Source: Octopus vulgaris
Lineage: Eukaryota
Reading direction: 5' to 3'
NCBI GenBank assembly: GCA_951406725.2
Contig: OX597821.1
Span: forward strand, 50,530,001 to 50,594,000
DNA: 64,000 nt
Part shown: positions 1 through 12,234 of the stretch, in pieces
Layout of the letters: each line of letters opens with the position of its first letter
Numbering within the stretch: position 1 is the first letter of the stretch
Notes under the pieces: generated by a model
What the model was told of the DNA's origin: nothing
Databases searched by the model: none
The model's input: only the letters and a program-made list of their open reading frames with translations
Made by a program: the position numbers and the translations under genes

Positions 1-22
1 TTACTCGGAGTTTCTTGTTTTT

Positions 23-23
23 C

Positions 24-98
<75 letters not shown>

Positions 99-119
99 GT
101 CTGTCTATCTGTCTGTCTA

Positions 120-172
<53 letters not shown>
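23..172. repeat. (TCTA)n/(TCTG)n microsatellite
   Basis: Tetranucleotide array visible directly; source of the spurious YLSI/CLSV ORFs. Confidence 0.97.
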
Positions 173-385
173 GTGTGCTTGTGTTTGTCCCCCTCCACTG
201 CTTGACAACTGGTGTTAGTTTGCTTACATCCCTGTAAAAATTGACGGTTCAGCAAAACGAAGCCCATAGCACAAGAAAAACCAAAAAAAAAAGGAGAACA
301 GATACTGGGGTTGATTCGTTCAACGAAACCCTTCAAGGCAGTGCCCTGCATGACGGCACCCCACTGACTCAAACGAGAAAAATAT
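165..385 (+). mobile_element. 3' half of tRNA-derived SINE family A
   Basis: tgtgtttgtccccc...cttgacaac...ggttc..caaaa...ctggggttgattcgttc matches the copies at 490-885, 19636-19860 and 20627-21010. Confidence 0.7.
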
Positions 386-489
386 GTAGAAAGTGGTAGA
401 ACATCGTTTTGCATCAGCAGATTCTACTCATATCAGTTAATCAAAACCGCACAAGAAGTGAAACAGAAGTTAGATATTATATCTTGCTT

Positions 490-675
490 CTGTCATTAGT
501 CTGCCGGCATGCTGGGGCACTGCCTTGGGGAATTTTTAGTCGAATGTTTCAACCTCAGTACTTATCTTTTGTTTAAAGCCTGGTACTTGTTCTATAAGTC
601 TCTTTGCTGAACCGCTAAGATACGGGGATGTAAACACATCAATACAGGTTGTCAATCGGTGGCGGTGGGGGGCAT

Positions 676-736
<61 letters not shown>

Positions 737-885
737 CACGAGCTTCTCTTAATTTCCGTCTACCAAATCCACTCACAAAACTCTGGTCGGTTCGAGTCTA
801 TAGTAGAAGACATTTGCCCAAAGTGCCACCCAGTGGGCCTGAACCCGCAACCATGTGCTTGAGAAGCAAACTTTTTACTTTTACA
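490..885 (-). mobile_element. tRNA-derived SINE family A, near full length, with internal (TG)n
   Basis: Minus strand: tRNA-like head with B box gggttcagg, tgggcaaatgtctt motif, internal TG repeat; homologous to 20627-21010. Confidence 0.8.
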
Positions 886-886
886 G

Positions 887-953
887 TAACACCTTTTTTA
901 CAATATTTAAAGTTTCTAAAGCTGTTTGAGCGTTATGTATTCACAGCAGCAAG
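887..953 (+). CDS. Possible small host exon (xTPFLQYLKFLKLFERYVFTAA), GC donor
   Basis: ttttacag acceptor, open frame, AAG|GCAAGT donor, phase-compatible with 2076-2187; the acceptor overlaps the decayed SINE head, so weak. Confidence 0.25.
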
Positions 954-1289
954 GCAAGTCAACATGTACTGAAATTGTAAAAAATATAAACATGTCCTAG
1001 AGTAATGACATTAAAATTACCGATAAAACTATCAATGTCAAATTGACATATTACTTACAGTCTGAATGTTCCTAAGTAGTATCACTAAAGTTCGCCAATG
1101 AAACCAGAGTAGAATAAAACTGTAACATGAATTAACCTAAAAGTAGAAAATAAACAAAAATAAAATGCAAACTTCCTTTCGGTTGCAAATAGGTCATACA
1201 TCCTATTTCACCATTAAACCTGAATAAAAAAAAAAATACCCGCAATATCCTTGACGTGGGCAACATCGATAAAACGTCTTTTAAACCTA

Positions 1290-1505
1290 ATATTGCTTTC
1301 AAATTTTGGCATAAGGCCAGCAATTCCGGGGTAGGGATAGGTCAGTTAGATCGACCCCAGTGCTCAACTTGTACTTATTTTATCGACCCCGGAAGGATGA
1401 AAGGCAAAGTCGACGCGGCGGAATTTGAACTCAGAACATAAAGGCGGACGAAATGTCACTAAGCACCTTGTCCGGCAAGCTAACGACACTGCCAGCTCGC
1501 CGCCT
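1290..1505 (-). mobile_element. tRNA-derived SINE family B (Meta/Sauria-like central domain), tail type 1
   Basis: Reverse complement: ggcggcgagctggcag...gagttcaaattccgcc...tttgcctttcatccttccggggtcgataaaaataagtac. Confidence 0.8.
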
Positions 1506-1538
1506 TATTTTAATACTAATATTATTGGTTTCTAAGAA

Positions 1539-1757
1539 GGCGACGAGCTGGCAGAATCGTTAGCACGCCAGGCGAAATGCTTAGTGATATTTCGTCTGCC
1601 ACTATGTTCTGAGTTCAAATTCCGCCAAGGTCGACTTTGCCTTTCATCCTTTCGGGGTCGATTAAATAAGTACCAGTTACGCACTGGAGTCAATGCAATT
1701 GACGTAGTCCCTTTGTCTGTCCCCTCTATGTTTAGCCCCTTGTGGGCAATAAAGAAT
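1539..1757 (+). mobile_element. SINE family B, tail type 2, with TSD
   Basis: A box tggcagaatcgttagc, B box gagttcaaattcc, gcctttcatcctttcggggtcga core; flanked by aatattattggtt(t)ctaa direct repeat. Confidence 0.88.
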
Positions 1758-1774
1758 TAAATATTATTGGTTCT

Positions 1775-1985
1775 AAAGTTTGGGGCACAGGATCGGCAAT
1801 TTCAAGGGAAGGGGTGCGTAGATTACATCGACCCCAGTGCTCAACTGGTACTTATTTCATCGACCCCCGAAAAAGATGAAAAGTAAAGTCAACTTCTACG
1901 GAATTTGAACTCAGTTCGCAAAGACAGACGAAATGCCGCTTAGTATTTTACCTTGCGAGCTAACCGTTCTGCCAGCTCACCGTCT
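1775..1985 (-). mobile_element. SINE family B, tail type 1
   Basis: Homologous to 1290-1505. Confidence 0.78.
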
Positions 1986-2075
1986 GATCTTAATACTTAT
2001 ATTATTGTGGAACATTAAATTATAAGGAACATAAATAGAACTGTCGTAACGCTTTACTTATTTTTTCATTCTCAG

Positions 2076-2187
2076 GGCAAACTTTCCAATCAATGTAACT
2101 CTGAAAAACACTGAAATAGTGAGTTGTAGATTCTATGTCATGTCGCCGACTAACAACATACAGGACTTTTGTTTCAAAGACCTGGAA
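2076..2187 (+). CDS. Candidate internal exon of an unidentified host gene (ANFPINVTLKNTEIVSCRFYVMSPTNNIQDFCFKDLE)
   Basis: ttttttcattctcAG acceptor, 112-nt stop-free frame, GAA|GTGAGT donor, non-repetitive sequence. Confidence 0.45.
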
Positions 2188-2360
2188 GTGAGTCTACATA
2201 TAACATTTAACATTTTTCCTATTATCAATAAATGCAACCCGTATGTTCAGACGCTTAGCAGATAATCAGTTTTTGTGTCAGTGGTTCGAAAATTAAACCT
2301 TGCGGTACTTAATAGTTAAGAAGTTTATTCTGAAGATCGATTTTCATGACATGTATAATT

Positions 2361-2414
2361 GCAGCAAATCGGCGAAGATTAAAGAGGCGGCCAGAAGATC
2401 GATATCTGACATAT
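2361..2414 (-). repeat. 54-bp exact copy of RTE RT coding sequence (6869-6922)
   Basis: gcagcaaatcggcgaagattaaagaggcggccagaagatcgatatctgacatat is identical at both positions. Confidence 0.9.
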
Positions 2415-2427
2415 TCTTGATATGCAT

Positions 2428-2696
2428 ATTCTTTAACTTGTTTCAATCATTTTGACTGCGGTCATGAAGCGCTTTAGTTGAACAAATCGACCTCAGGACT
2501 TAGTTTTTTTAAAGCCTAGTACTTATTCTATCGATCTCTTTTGCCGAACTGCTAGACACGGGGCGTAAATACACTAACACCGGTTGTCAAGCGGTGATGG
2601 GCGGGGGGAGACAAACATAGATACAAAGACACAGACAGATACACATACACATTCTTTTACTTGATTCAGTCATTAGACTGCAGCCATACCGGGGCA

Positions 2697-2697
<1 letters not shown>
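2428..2697 (-). mobile_element. SINE family A 3' half plus a second tail fragment
   Basis: cattttgactgcggtcatg...aagcctagtacttattctatc...ggttgtcaagcggtg. Confidence 0.75.
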
Positions 2698-3722
<1,025 letters not shown>

Positions 3723-3723
3723 A

Positions 3724-3800
3724 AGGCGCCGTGGTTTAGTGGTTAGGGGCATTCGGCTCATGATCGTAAAGTCGTGAGTTCAATTCCCGGCGGCGCGTGT
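3724..3800 (+). mobile_element. tRNA-like head of SINE family C
   Basis: gtggtttagtggttagg A box and gagttcaattcccgg B box; similar to the 31807-32140 head. Confidence 0.6.
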
Positions 3801-3857
3801 ATCAGCTGGGACCCTTGTCGTCGCAACCGATGGAGTGCTCCTATCTATATATATACA

Positions 3858-3965
3858 CACGACGGGATTTTTCAGTTTCTGTCTACAAAATCCATTCACA
3901 AGGGACTGAACCAGGAAGAACCAAGAACTATGTGTTTGAGGAACAAACTTCTTACCATACAGCCA
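3858..3965 (-). mobile_element. SINE family A 5' fragment
   Basis: acgacggg..tttcagtttctgtctacaaaatccattcacaagg...cttcttaccatacagcca. Confidence 0.7.
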
Positions 3966-4124
3966 TATATAGTGAATGAATAGGGATATTAGATCCAGGT
4001 AGGCAGCGTTCAAGCGTTCTTGTATAATTCAGTTTCTGGCTAACCATATCGAATGATATGGAATAACTGGGGATTAATTAAGATAAACAATCACACGATA
4101 TTTCACCCGATGGGTAAATCCCCG

Positions 4125-4602
4125 AGTTTGTTTATTTAAGACATTAGAATAAAGATGGAGAATTAGGTATGTAAGCAGTCTTTATTATTACAGTCTTTTT
4201 TTTTTTGTTTTTTTAAAGGCGGCTAGCTGGCAGAATCGTTAGCACGCCGGACAGAATGCTCACGGCATTTCGTCCGTCTTTGTCTTTCATCCTTTCGGGG
4301 TCGATAAATTAAGTACCTCCAAATTTCAGGCCCTGTCCAATAGTAGAGAGGATTATTACATTCTCTTATATATAGAATAAAGTCGTTCATACGGTATATT
4401 CTCTTTAAACATCAGTTTCATAGTCTATCGTATTTCCCTCTATCACCTCTGTTACCCGAAATACATGGATGGACATTCTAAGAAAATACACTGTATAAAA
4501 AGACTGTAATAAAAACAAAACAAAGCAAACGAAAAAAAAACAAACAAAAACAGTGTAGATGTGTAATCCTCAATCTTTATTTTAATGTCTTGAATATACA
4601 CT
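4125..4602. mobile_element. MITE-like element with imperfect TIRs and a nested SINE B fragment (4218-4355)
   Basis: tttaagacattagaataaagat is inverted to atctttattttaatgtcttgaa; ttattacagtcttttt is inverted to aaaaagactgtaataa. Confidence 0.55.
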
Positions 4603-4744
4603 CTTTAAACTTTATAATGCAATCACACATGCGCACGAAACCGTTTCTATAGACGTAAATAAGATTTTTATGAACGAACGTTGTAAATTAAAATGATGAC
4701 GGCCATTTGGATGTAAATTTAATTGTAAAGTGGTAGCGTAATTT

Positions 4745-5195
4745 GGTGGAATTCTGGTTCAAGCACTCCATAATAAACCCCCATGAAAAAAAAAAAAGAA
4801 AAATTAACCCCTCCCCATAAATCCTAAATGTTCCACACTTTTTCGAATTTCTTTTTTGAAATCAGAGTTTAACATACGGACGGTCCGAATTTTTTGCTTA
4901 AATTCCATCAATGGACCACACTTAGGCGCACTATCATTCCATTAAATGTGTTTTTTGGGGGTAATATTGAAAAACATTAATGCAAGTCAGAGTTACAAAG
5001 AAACGCGGAAGGTATGAGGTGGTCGTGAAATGTGCCAAAAATAACAGCTGAATTACCCTTAAATCACACAATTTTTTTTTGCATAACCATGAATTTCCGC
5101 GTGTAGAACATAAATTTGAAAAAATTTTCTGAAATTCCTCAAAATAAAAAAAAGTTACGTGGGGCTATATGAGGTGCTTATACCAGAATTCCACC
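4745..5195. mobile_element. MITE-like element with ~40-bp imperfect TIRs
   Basis: ggtggaattctggttcaagcac is inverted to gtgcttataccagaattccacc. Confidence 0.55.
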
Positions 5196-5799
5196 GCCTA
5201 TTTAAGTAAGTAAGCTAGAAAATGTTAAATGATTAATTTTTATGATTTTTTTTATAACAAAAATTGTATTTTCTAAATTATTAATTCTACTTTATACTCA
5301 CAAATGGGGGATGTGACAGGCACTCCTGGAGTTTTAATTAATTACAGATAAATGATTTAATATGCATTAACTATCTGTATTTTCAAGCATAGACGGATTG
5401 ATGCAATGTATAGTTCATTGACCAGTGCTTACAGTTCTGTTAGAAGATTCCTGGTTTTCTTAGAAATGAGGATGTTTAGCGCTTGAAGAAATCTTCATTT
5501 TTGGAACAGGCACGCTTCTTTTGAAGTTTCATATTACAGATTCTGAGAGAGAGAGAGAGAGAGAAAGAGAAAGAGAGGGAGAGAGAGAGGCAGAGGGAGA
5601 GAGGAAGGGAAGAATCATTCTCCCCAGTACTTCACCACTTGATCAGTATTTTATTTCTCGACCCTGGAAATATGAAACGCAAAGCTCACCACGGCGGCAT
5701 TTGAATACATAGTGGAGGCAATCAGAGCAAAAAAACGTAAAAAAAAAAACGTAAAAAACCCCCAAAAAACAAAACAGCAAGCCAAACATGCATACGTAC

Positions 5800-8420
5800 G
5801 TACATAGAAGATGGCCGTCCACTCGTGACCGAGGATGACCATTGCCGACCTTCAGGAACATTGTGCGCTCTAGGACTAACTTATATTTTGCATTTGCGGC
5901 TCCGTTGGTGGCTAATGAGCCCTGCTCTTGACAAGCATACACGACTGCAAACATTGCAGACCAAGCTTTCCCCATTCACTATACGAGCCGTGCGGTTTCG
6001 CGCAGCTCGCTTAAGTTTTTCATGCTGGATACGTGCTCTCTCAAAAGTGTCGATCCCCTCCTTAACCTGCTTCCTCCATGTGTGGCGATGACAGGCATTG
6101 TTCTCCCAGTCAGTGTCCTGCATATCAAAGGCCTTTAACGAGGACTTGACACAGTCCTTAAATCGCAGCCTTGGTTTCTGCCGGAGTCTCCTTCCATTCA
6201 CAAGTTCTCCATAGAGCATCTGCTTAGGAATCCTTCTATCCTCCATTCTAATAAGGTGTCCAGTCCAACGCAACCGGTGCTTGTGTACCATCGCCTCAAT
6301 ACTCAAGATATCAGCTGTCCTCAGGATCTGTGTGTCTGGAATTTTTGAGGTCCAGCCAACATTGAGAATGTGTCTGAGACATCTCTGATGAAAACGTTCA
6401 AGGACCCTTACCTGACGTTTGTACAGAGTCCATGTCTCACATGAGTAGAGAAGCGATGTCAGTACACAAGCACGGTACACAGCAACTTTTGTTCTCCTTG
6501 CGATGCCATGTTGGGACCAGACACGAGATTGAAGAGACCGGAAGGAATTAGTTGCTCTCTGCAACCTGAAAGATATTTCCTCATCCAGGGAGCAAGAACG
6601 GCTGAGTGTGCTGCCCAGGTAGACAAACTTGTCTACTACCTTCAGAATTTTTCCTTCAACCAAGATAGCTGGTTCTATATATGGATTTCCTGGTGCAGGC
6701 TGGAACATTACAACAGTCTTGTCCAGGCTAATGCTGAGTCCAAATGCCCTGCAAGAAGCAGAAATGCAATTCATGAGTATTTGCATGTCATCCACTGTAT
6801 GAGTGACTAAGTCACAGTCATCTGCATAAAGGAGGTCACGAATAATAGACTGGGACACCTTTGAATTGGCAGCAAATCGGCGAAGATTAAAGAGGCGGCC
6901 AGAAGATCGATATCTGACATATATTCCCAGAGAGTTAACCTTAGCAAAAGCATGAGTAAAAACAGCAGCAAAGTACAAAGAAAAGAGAGTTGGGGCAAGG
7001 ATGTCACCCTGCTTGACACCATTCTCTACAGGAATGGGTCCCGCCATGGCACCACCAACATTGACCCAAGCCTCCATCCCATCATGAAATGATTTAATTA
7101 TAGATACAAAGTGATCCGGACATCCAAGTTTGCCAAGTATTTTCCATAGAAAGGCCCTATTTACAGTATCAAAAGGCCTTAGTCAAATCAATGAATACTT
7201 GGACAAGATCCATATTCTGCTCATAGCACTTCTCCTGCATCTGTCTTGCTGTGAAAATCATATCCATTGTCCATTTTCCGTCTACCAGATCGGAAGCCAC
7301 ATTGAGATTCAGATAGGACATCATTTACGAGACACCCATTCAGACGGGTGAGAAGAATATTTGCCAGAACCTTGCCAGCAGCTGATAGTAGAGCAATACC
7401 TCTGTAGTTACCACACATTGTTCTGGCTCCTTTTCCTTTATATAGAGGAAGAATAATTGCATCCTTCCAGTCCTTAGGGATTGCACCATCCCTCCAGACT
7501 GCACTAATAAGTTCATGAAGGGACTGTGTGATGCAATTACCACCAAATCTCAAGACCTCAGTACAAATTCCAAATTCCACCCTTTCCAGGTGCCCTACCA
7601 AGATTCAATTTACTTATTGATGTCATTACTTCATGTATTGATGGCGAGGAGTCTAAAGAGTCAATGATAGGTCTTTGTTTCATAGTATCAATCACTGTTT
7701 CATCCACAACTGACTCCTGGTTTAGGAGTTTAGAGAAGTGTTCGATCCAGCGACCTGTGATTTCTGTTGATTTAGTAAACAGAGTGGAAGACTCCTTGGA
7801 AAGCAAAGGAGCTGATGTGGAGCTCTTAGGTCTATAAGCTCGCTTCATAAGATGGTAAAGCTTCTTGCTGTCATTTGCATCAGCAGCAGCCTGAACATCA
7901 CGAGCAAGATCCTCCCACCAAGTGTTCTGCATCTTCCTGAGAGATCGCTGCAGTAGTGATTTTACACTGTTATAGTGGGCAAGTGCTAGACTTCGCTGCA
8001 CAGTAGACAGTTCTCTGTGCAGCAACACACTGTGGGCATAGCGCTTCACCACTAATAGTCGTTGAATTTCAGCATCATTCTCATCAAACCAGTCTCTGTG
8101 TCTGGCAGTAATATACCCCAGTGTTTCGGCTGCACATTGAACAACCTGGTCTCGAAAATCTTCCCATGCTGCAGCAGTTTCAATGCTGGACAAGCGAGTC
8201 TGAAGCTCTTTCCTAACCACAACGTCATATACCTTGTGGACATTTAGACGGCGAGGAATGCTGACTGGTCCTCTTCTCTCTTTCGCCCTAATCACCATTC
8301 GGAACTTTGCTCGCACCAGACTGTAGTCTGTCCAGCATTCTGATCCATGCAAGGACTTGACATTACAAATGTCATAAATGTCACGCTTGCGGATGATGAC
8401 GTAATCCAGCAAGTGCCAAA
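5800..8420 (-). mobile_element. RTE-clade (BovB-like) LINE, 5'-truncated and frameshifted
   Basis: WHLLDYVI end of APE endonuclease, WFDEND linker, GNYRGIALLS, GVKQGDILAP, LLYADD, YLGS, C-terminal CNVC...H; three ORF pieces 7558-8451, 7221-7601, 5881-7077. Confidence 0.93.
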
Positions 8421-8604
8421 GAGTAGGGAAAATGAATAGCAATGGTCTCATGCTACTGGAGCTTTGCGAAGAACATGGACTTTACATTGCAAGTACTCAT
8501 TTTGTGCACAAAGGTGATCACACAACAACATGGATGCATCCAAGGTCCAAAGTTTGGCACTTGCTGGATTACGTCATCATCCGCAAGCGCGGCATTTATG
8601 ACAT
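8421..8604 (+). mobile_element. Inverted 5' segment of the same RTE (APE endonuclease fragment)
   Basis: GKMNSNGLMLLELCEEHGL...TWMHPRSKVWHLLDYVIIRKR on the opposite strand; runs into (CATA)n. Confidence 0.88.
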
Positions 8605-9059
8605 ACATACATACATACATACATACATACAACTATATGCATGAGAATACATACATAACACAAAAATACAAATCTGCATTCATACATACATACATACATA
8701 CATACATACATACATACATACATACATACATACATACAAGAACATCCTGTTGATGTTGAGATTTCAATAAAGGAGCCTTGGATCTAGGTTAGAAACCGGT
8801 TATTTCAGTACTGGCAAGAAATCTTGAAATAAACTGAATAATGACATACATACATACATACATACATACATACATACATACATACATACATACATACATA
8901 CATACATACATACATACATACATACATACATACATACATACTTACAAGCATGCATGCATACATACATACAAACATACATGGACGGATGCATTCATGGATG
9001 ATTCCATGCATACATACATACATATACACACATACATACATACATACATTCATTAATCT

Positions 9060-9568
9060 CACTCCCAAAACGAAGAAAAAACAACGCGATGGCGTGCAAA
9101 GTTCTCGAGGTGGTCATTAATCTCTGCAGTAATTTTGGGAGCTGTACTTTTGTGATCCTTTCCAACAATTCGCGTAAGCGTCCGACGGTCCCTATTTGAA
9201 AGTTTTCTTCCTGAGTTTTGTTTCGACGAAGTTTTTCCTTCTTTCTCAAACGCTGTCATTACTTTCGAAGCAGTACTTCTTGATACACCAAACATTTCGG
9301 TTGTTTTCGTTACGCTAGCGCTAGCCATACGAGTACCAACACTTTGACCTCTTTGAAAGTCTGATAGATCTGTCATTTTACTGAATTTTAATTACGTTTT
9401 TCTGGTGATATCTGAAAACAAACAGCAATTTTAGCAACACATATTAAGCAACACTAATAATGAATAAAAAAAAACATGAAAATAAACAAGCTTTTGACGG
9501 TTTTATAGATATTTCAAAATTATGATGCTATGATGCTAGGTGTTTCCATTATTTATGTCCAACCCCTG
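9060..9568 (-). mobile_element. Tc1-like transposon left end with N-terminal HTH transposase fragment
   Basis: TA|CAGGGGTTGGAC terminus; MTDLSDFQRGQ...FGVSRST...SGRKLSNRDRRTLTRIV. Confidence 0.85.
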
Positions 9569-9640
9569 TATCTAAATACACACACACACACGCACATACA
9601 CACGCAGATACACACAAATAAATAAATATGTATATATATA

Positions 9641-9778
9641 AGGTGAACTGGAAGAATCGTTAGCATCCCAGGCGCCATGCTTAGCGGCATTTCGTTTGTC
9701 TTCATATTCTGAGCTCAAAGTCGTTGAGGTCGACCTTACCTTTCATCCTTTCGGGGTCCATAAAATAAGTACCAGTTA
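9641..9778 (+). mobile_element. SINE family B, 3'-truncated
   Basis: gaatcgttagca...gcttagcggcatttcg...cctttcatcctttcggggtc...aagtaccag. Confidence 0.75.
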
Positions 9779-9788
9779 TGCGTATGTA

Positions 9789-9834
<46 letters not shown>

Positions 9835-10524
9835 AATTTTTATTTACTACGTTATAGAAAGTAAAAATGAACCGGGAAGTAAAGGACAAAATAAATAGTT
9901 CTTGGCTAAAATTTTACAGTACATACTTGTCTTTATAACAAAAAGGAATTACTAAATGACATGCATATATGTGAATGAAGAGAGTGTAAGGTTGAGTGGG
10001 AATAGAGAAGAAGAAAGCAAGAAAGATAGATAGATAGAGAGGGAGAGAGAATTTTTTTATTCACCATAAGGTTGAGAAAAACAGGGGACAATACGGGGAC
10101 AGACAAAACAAACGTTGGGGTCAGGGTATCGAATGAGACGAAACGTATGAATAAACAAACAAGGGTAGAAACATTCAGTTAAAAGCCAGGTAGATAGTCA
10201 GATTTACGAGCGTAGGTCGATCGCTAGTTTTAAAAATGTTTAATGACAAATAGTGGTTTAGATAAAAATATACTGTAAAAGAGGAAATTTGAAACAAAGA
10301 CAGAGACTAAAAGACAGATAGAGGGGCTATTAGCTTAAAGTAAAAACAAGTATACGCTGACATAAAGAACATGTCTGAGAATACATACACTGATAGTCCC
10401 CGTGTGAGCGAAAACGATAAGAAAATTCCTTTTATGGTAATTCTGTTTTTTAAGTGTATCTCGGATTTCATTGTATTCTTTTCTTTTGAAAGAGGATAGA
10501 GAGACTTGTTTGTTATTCCTAGTA

Positions 10525-11001
10525 CCGTAAATCCTCGAGTATAGTCCGCCCTTGAGTATAATACGCAGGGGATTTTTAGGGGGCTGTACCTTTGAAAAAC
10601 CTAAACCTTGTGTATAATATGCACTCCTTCTCTAACTTGAGTTAAGGAGGTCTATATAACGTCCTTGGTTTGTAAAATGTATATGGTAACGTACTTTATT
10701 AATATTTTATATATAACAATGCAAACGTGTAGCATTTTTGTGCATTTTGTTTGCAGAAAATAAAGAAATAACAGTAATAACGTTTAATAAATGTTGCTTA
10801 CTGCAAGTTATGGATGGTTCTTTTATGACCTCATTGGTTTCAGGCTGATATTAAGGTATTTTTGCGCCCAACATCAGAAAATGCGTCTGAATAAACATTG
10901 CCGGACAGCAAATAGAGACTCGAACATTGTTTAGAAAATAATTTTCATTTTTAACCTCGTGTATAATACGCACTAGGGATTTTGACCTTTAAATTTTGGG
11001 A
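10525..11001 (+). mobile_element. pogo/Tc1-mariner-type DNA transposon left end (TA|CCGTA terminus)
   Basis: taccgtaaatcctcgagtata start; repeated gtataatacgca sub-terminal motifs near 10556, 10612 and 10961. Confidence 0.5.
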
Positions 11002-12234
11002 AATTTGTTCTCTCAACCCCCTATCATACCTAATCTCGAAATATAGCTATAGGAATGGATCTAGCAAAATCTATCCTTTTCTTTATTGCTGACCTCAAGT
11101 TGTAAGGGCCAAGTATTAACAATATTAAAATGCAACTAGATCTCATAACCCAAATTTTCGAAGGAATTGGAATAAAATTTGGTGAGTCTAAATGTACATT
11201 CTTGATGGCAAACCATGGGAAACTTATGTTTTCATCGAGCACACTAAACATGAACGACTTGAAAAACTACAGTCTTTACTCTCTAGGGGAAGCTTCAAAG
11301 ATCTTGGACAGGATGATAACGTACGATGGACCCATCAAGTAGGAGAAGTTAAGGAATGTGTACTTCAAAAGAGTTATAAAATATGGTTGTTTTTTACTCT
11401 CAGCTTATAACAAGTATATCGCTCATAATATCTTTGCAGTCCATGTCCTCACGGTTACGTTTGGCCTTTTAAACTGCAAATACTCAGCTAGATATCCGTA
11501 CGAACTTGCAAGCTCCTCTGTGTTACTGGAAACTTCAAGATCCATAGGGATGTAGATAGAGTATTCTTCCCAAGCAAGTTTGGTAGCTGTTATTTTAAAT
11601 TTGTGTTGATGTCGCATGGAGCACGTATTGTAAAACTTAGAAAAGAGGCCTGTAACTATCTTGTCCAAGTTTGTGACTATGAAATCAACAACATAATTAG
11701 GATAATTAATGAACTTGAGGAGAGGCATGAAATAAGAGCCGATGCTGAGCTTTCCTCCAGGAGCACTGGTAAATTTTATTTATCAGGAGAATAAAATAAA
11801 AGAATGGACCAGTTCAACGAGAAGGTAATGAATAGATACTTAGTACAAAAGACATAAACCCTAGATAGAATACATCATAGCAAAAGCTTGGCATGGAGTA
11901 CCCAGAAGCTTATGGTATCCTATTTTGAGGGTTACCTCCCTGCAATTCAAGATCGAGAACTTTCCATCAAATATCTCTGCATGAAATGCAGAAAGCATTG
12001 ATAGACAAAAAAAAAAAAAATGTAAGCTGTACAAAAATAAAACTGAAGACATCAATCACATTATTGATAAATGCGAAAGAATGTCTTCTAGATATCATCT
12101 TCCTCCGAAGCATGATGTATAACCAGAACAGTCTGGAAGAAACAGGAAATTACCAAGCAAGTTGACTATATCAAGACTGATGAGTCAAAAGAATATTGGT
12201 GGAACTTAAAAAAAAATATCAAAACAGCCATTAA
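11002..12234 (+). pseudogene. Degenerate RLE-type non-LTR retrotransposon, 5' part (RT C-terminus to zinc knuckle)
   Basis: FIADLKL, GIKFGESKC, FKDLG, AIQDREL, CKL..TEDINHII..C, EYWWN; many stops and frameshifts. Confidence 0.7.
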
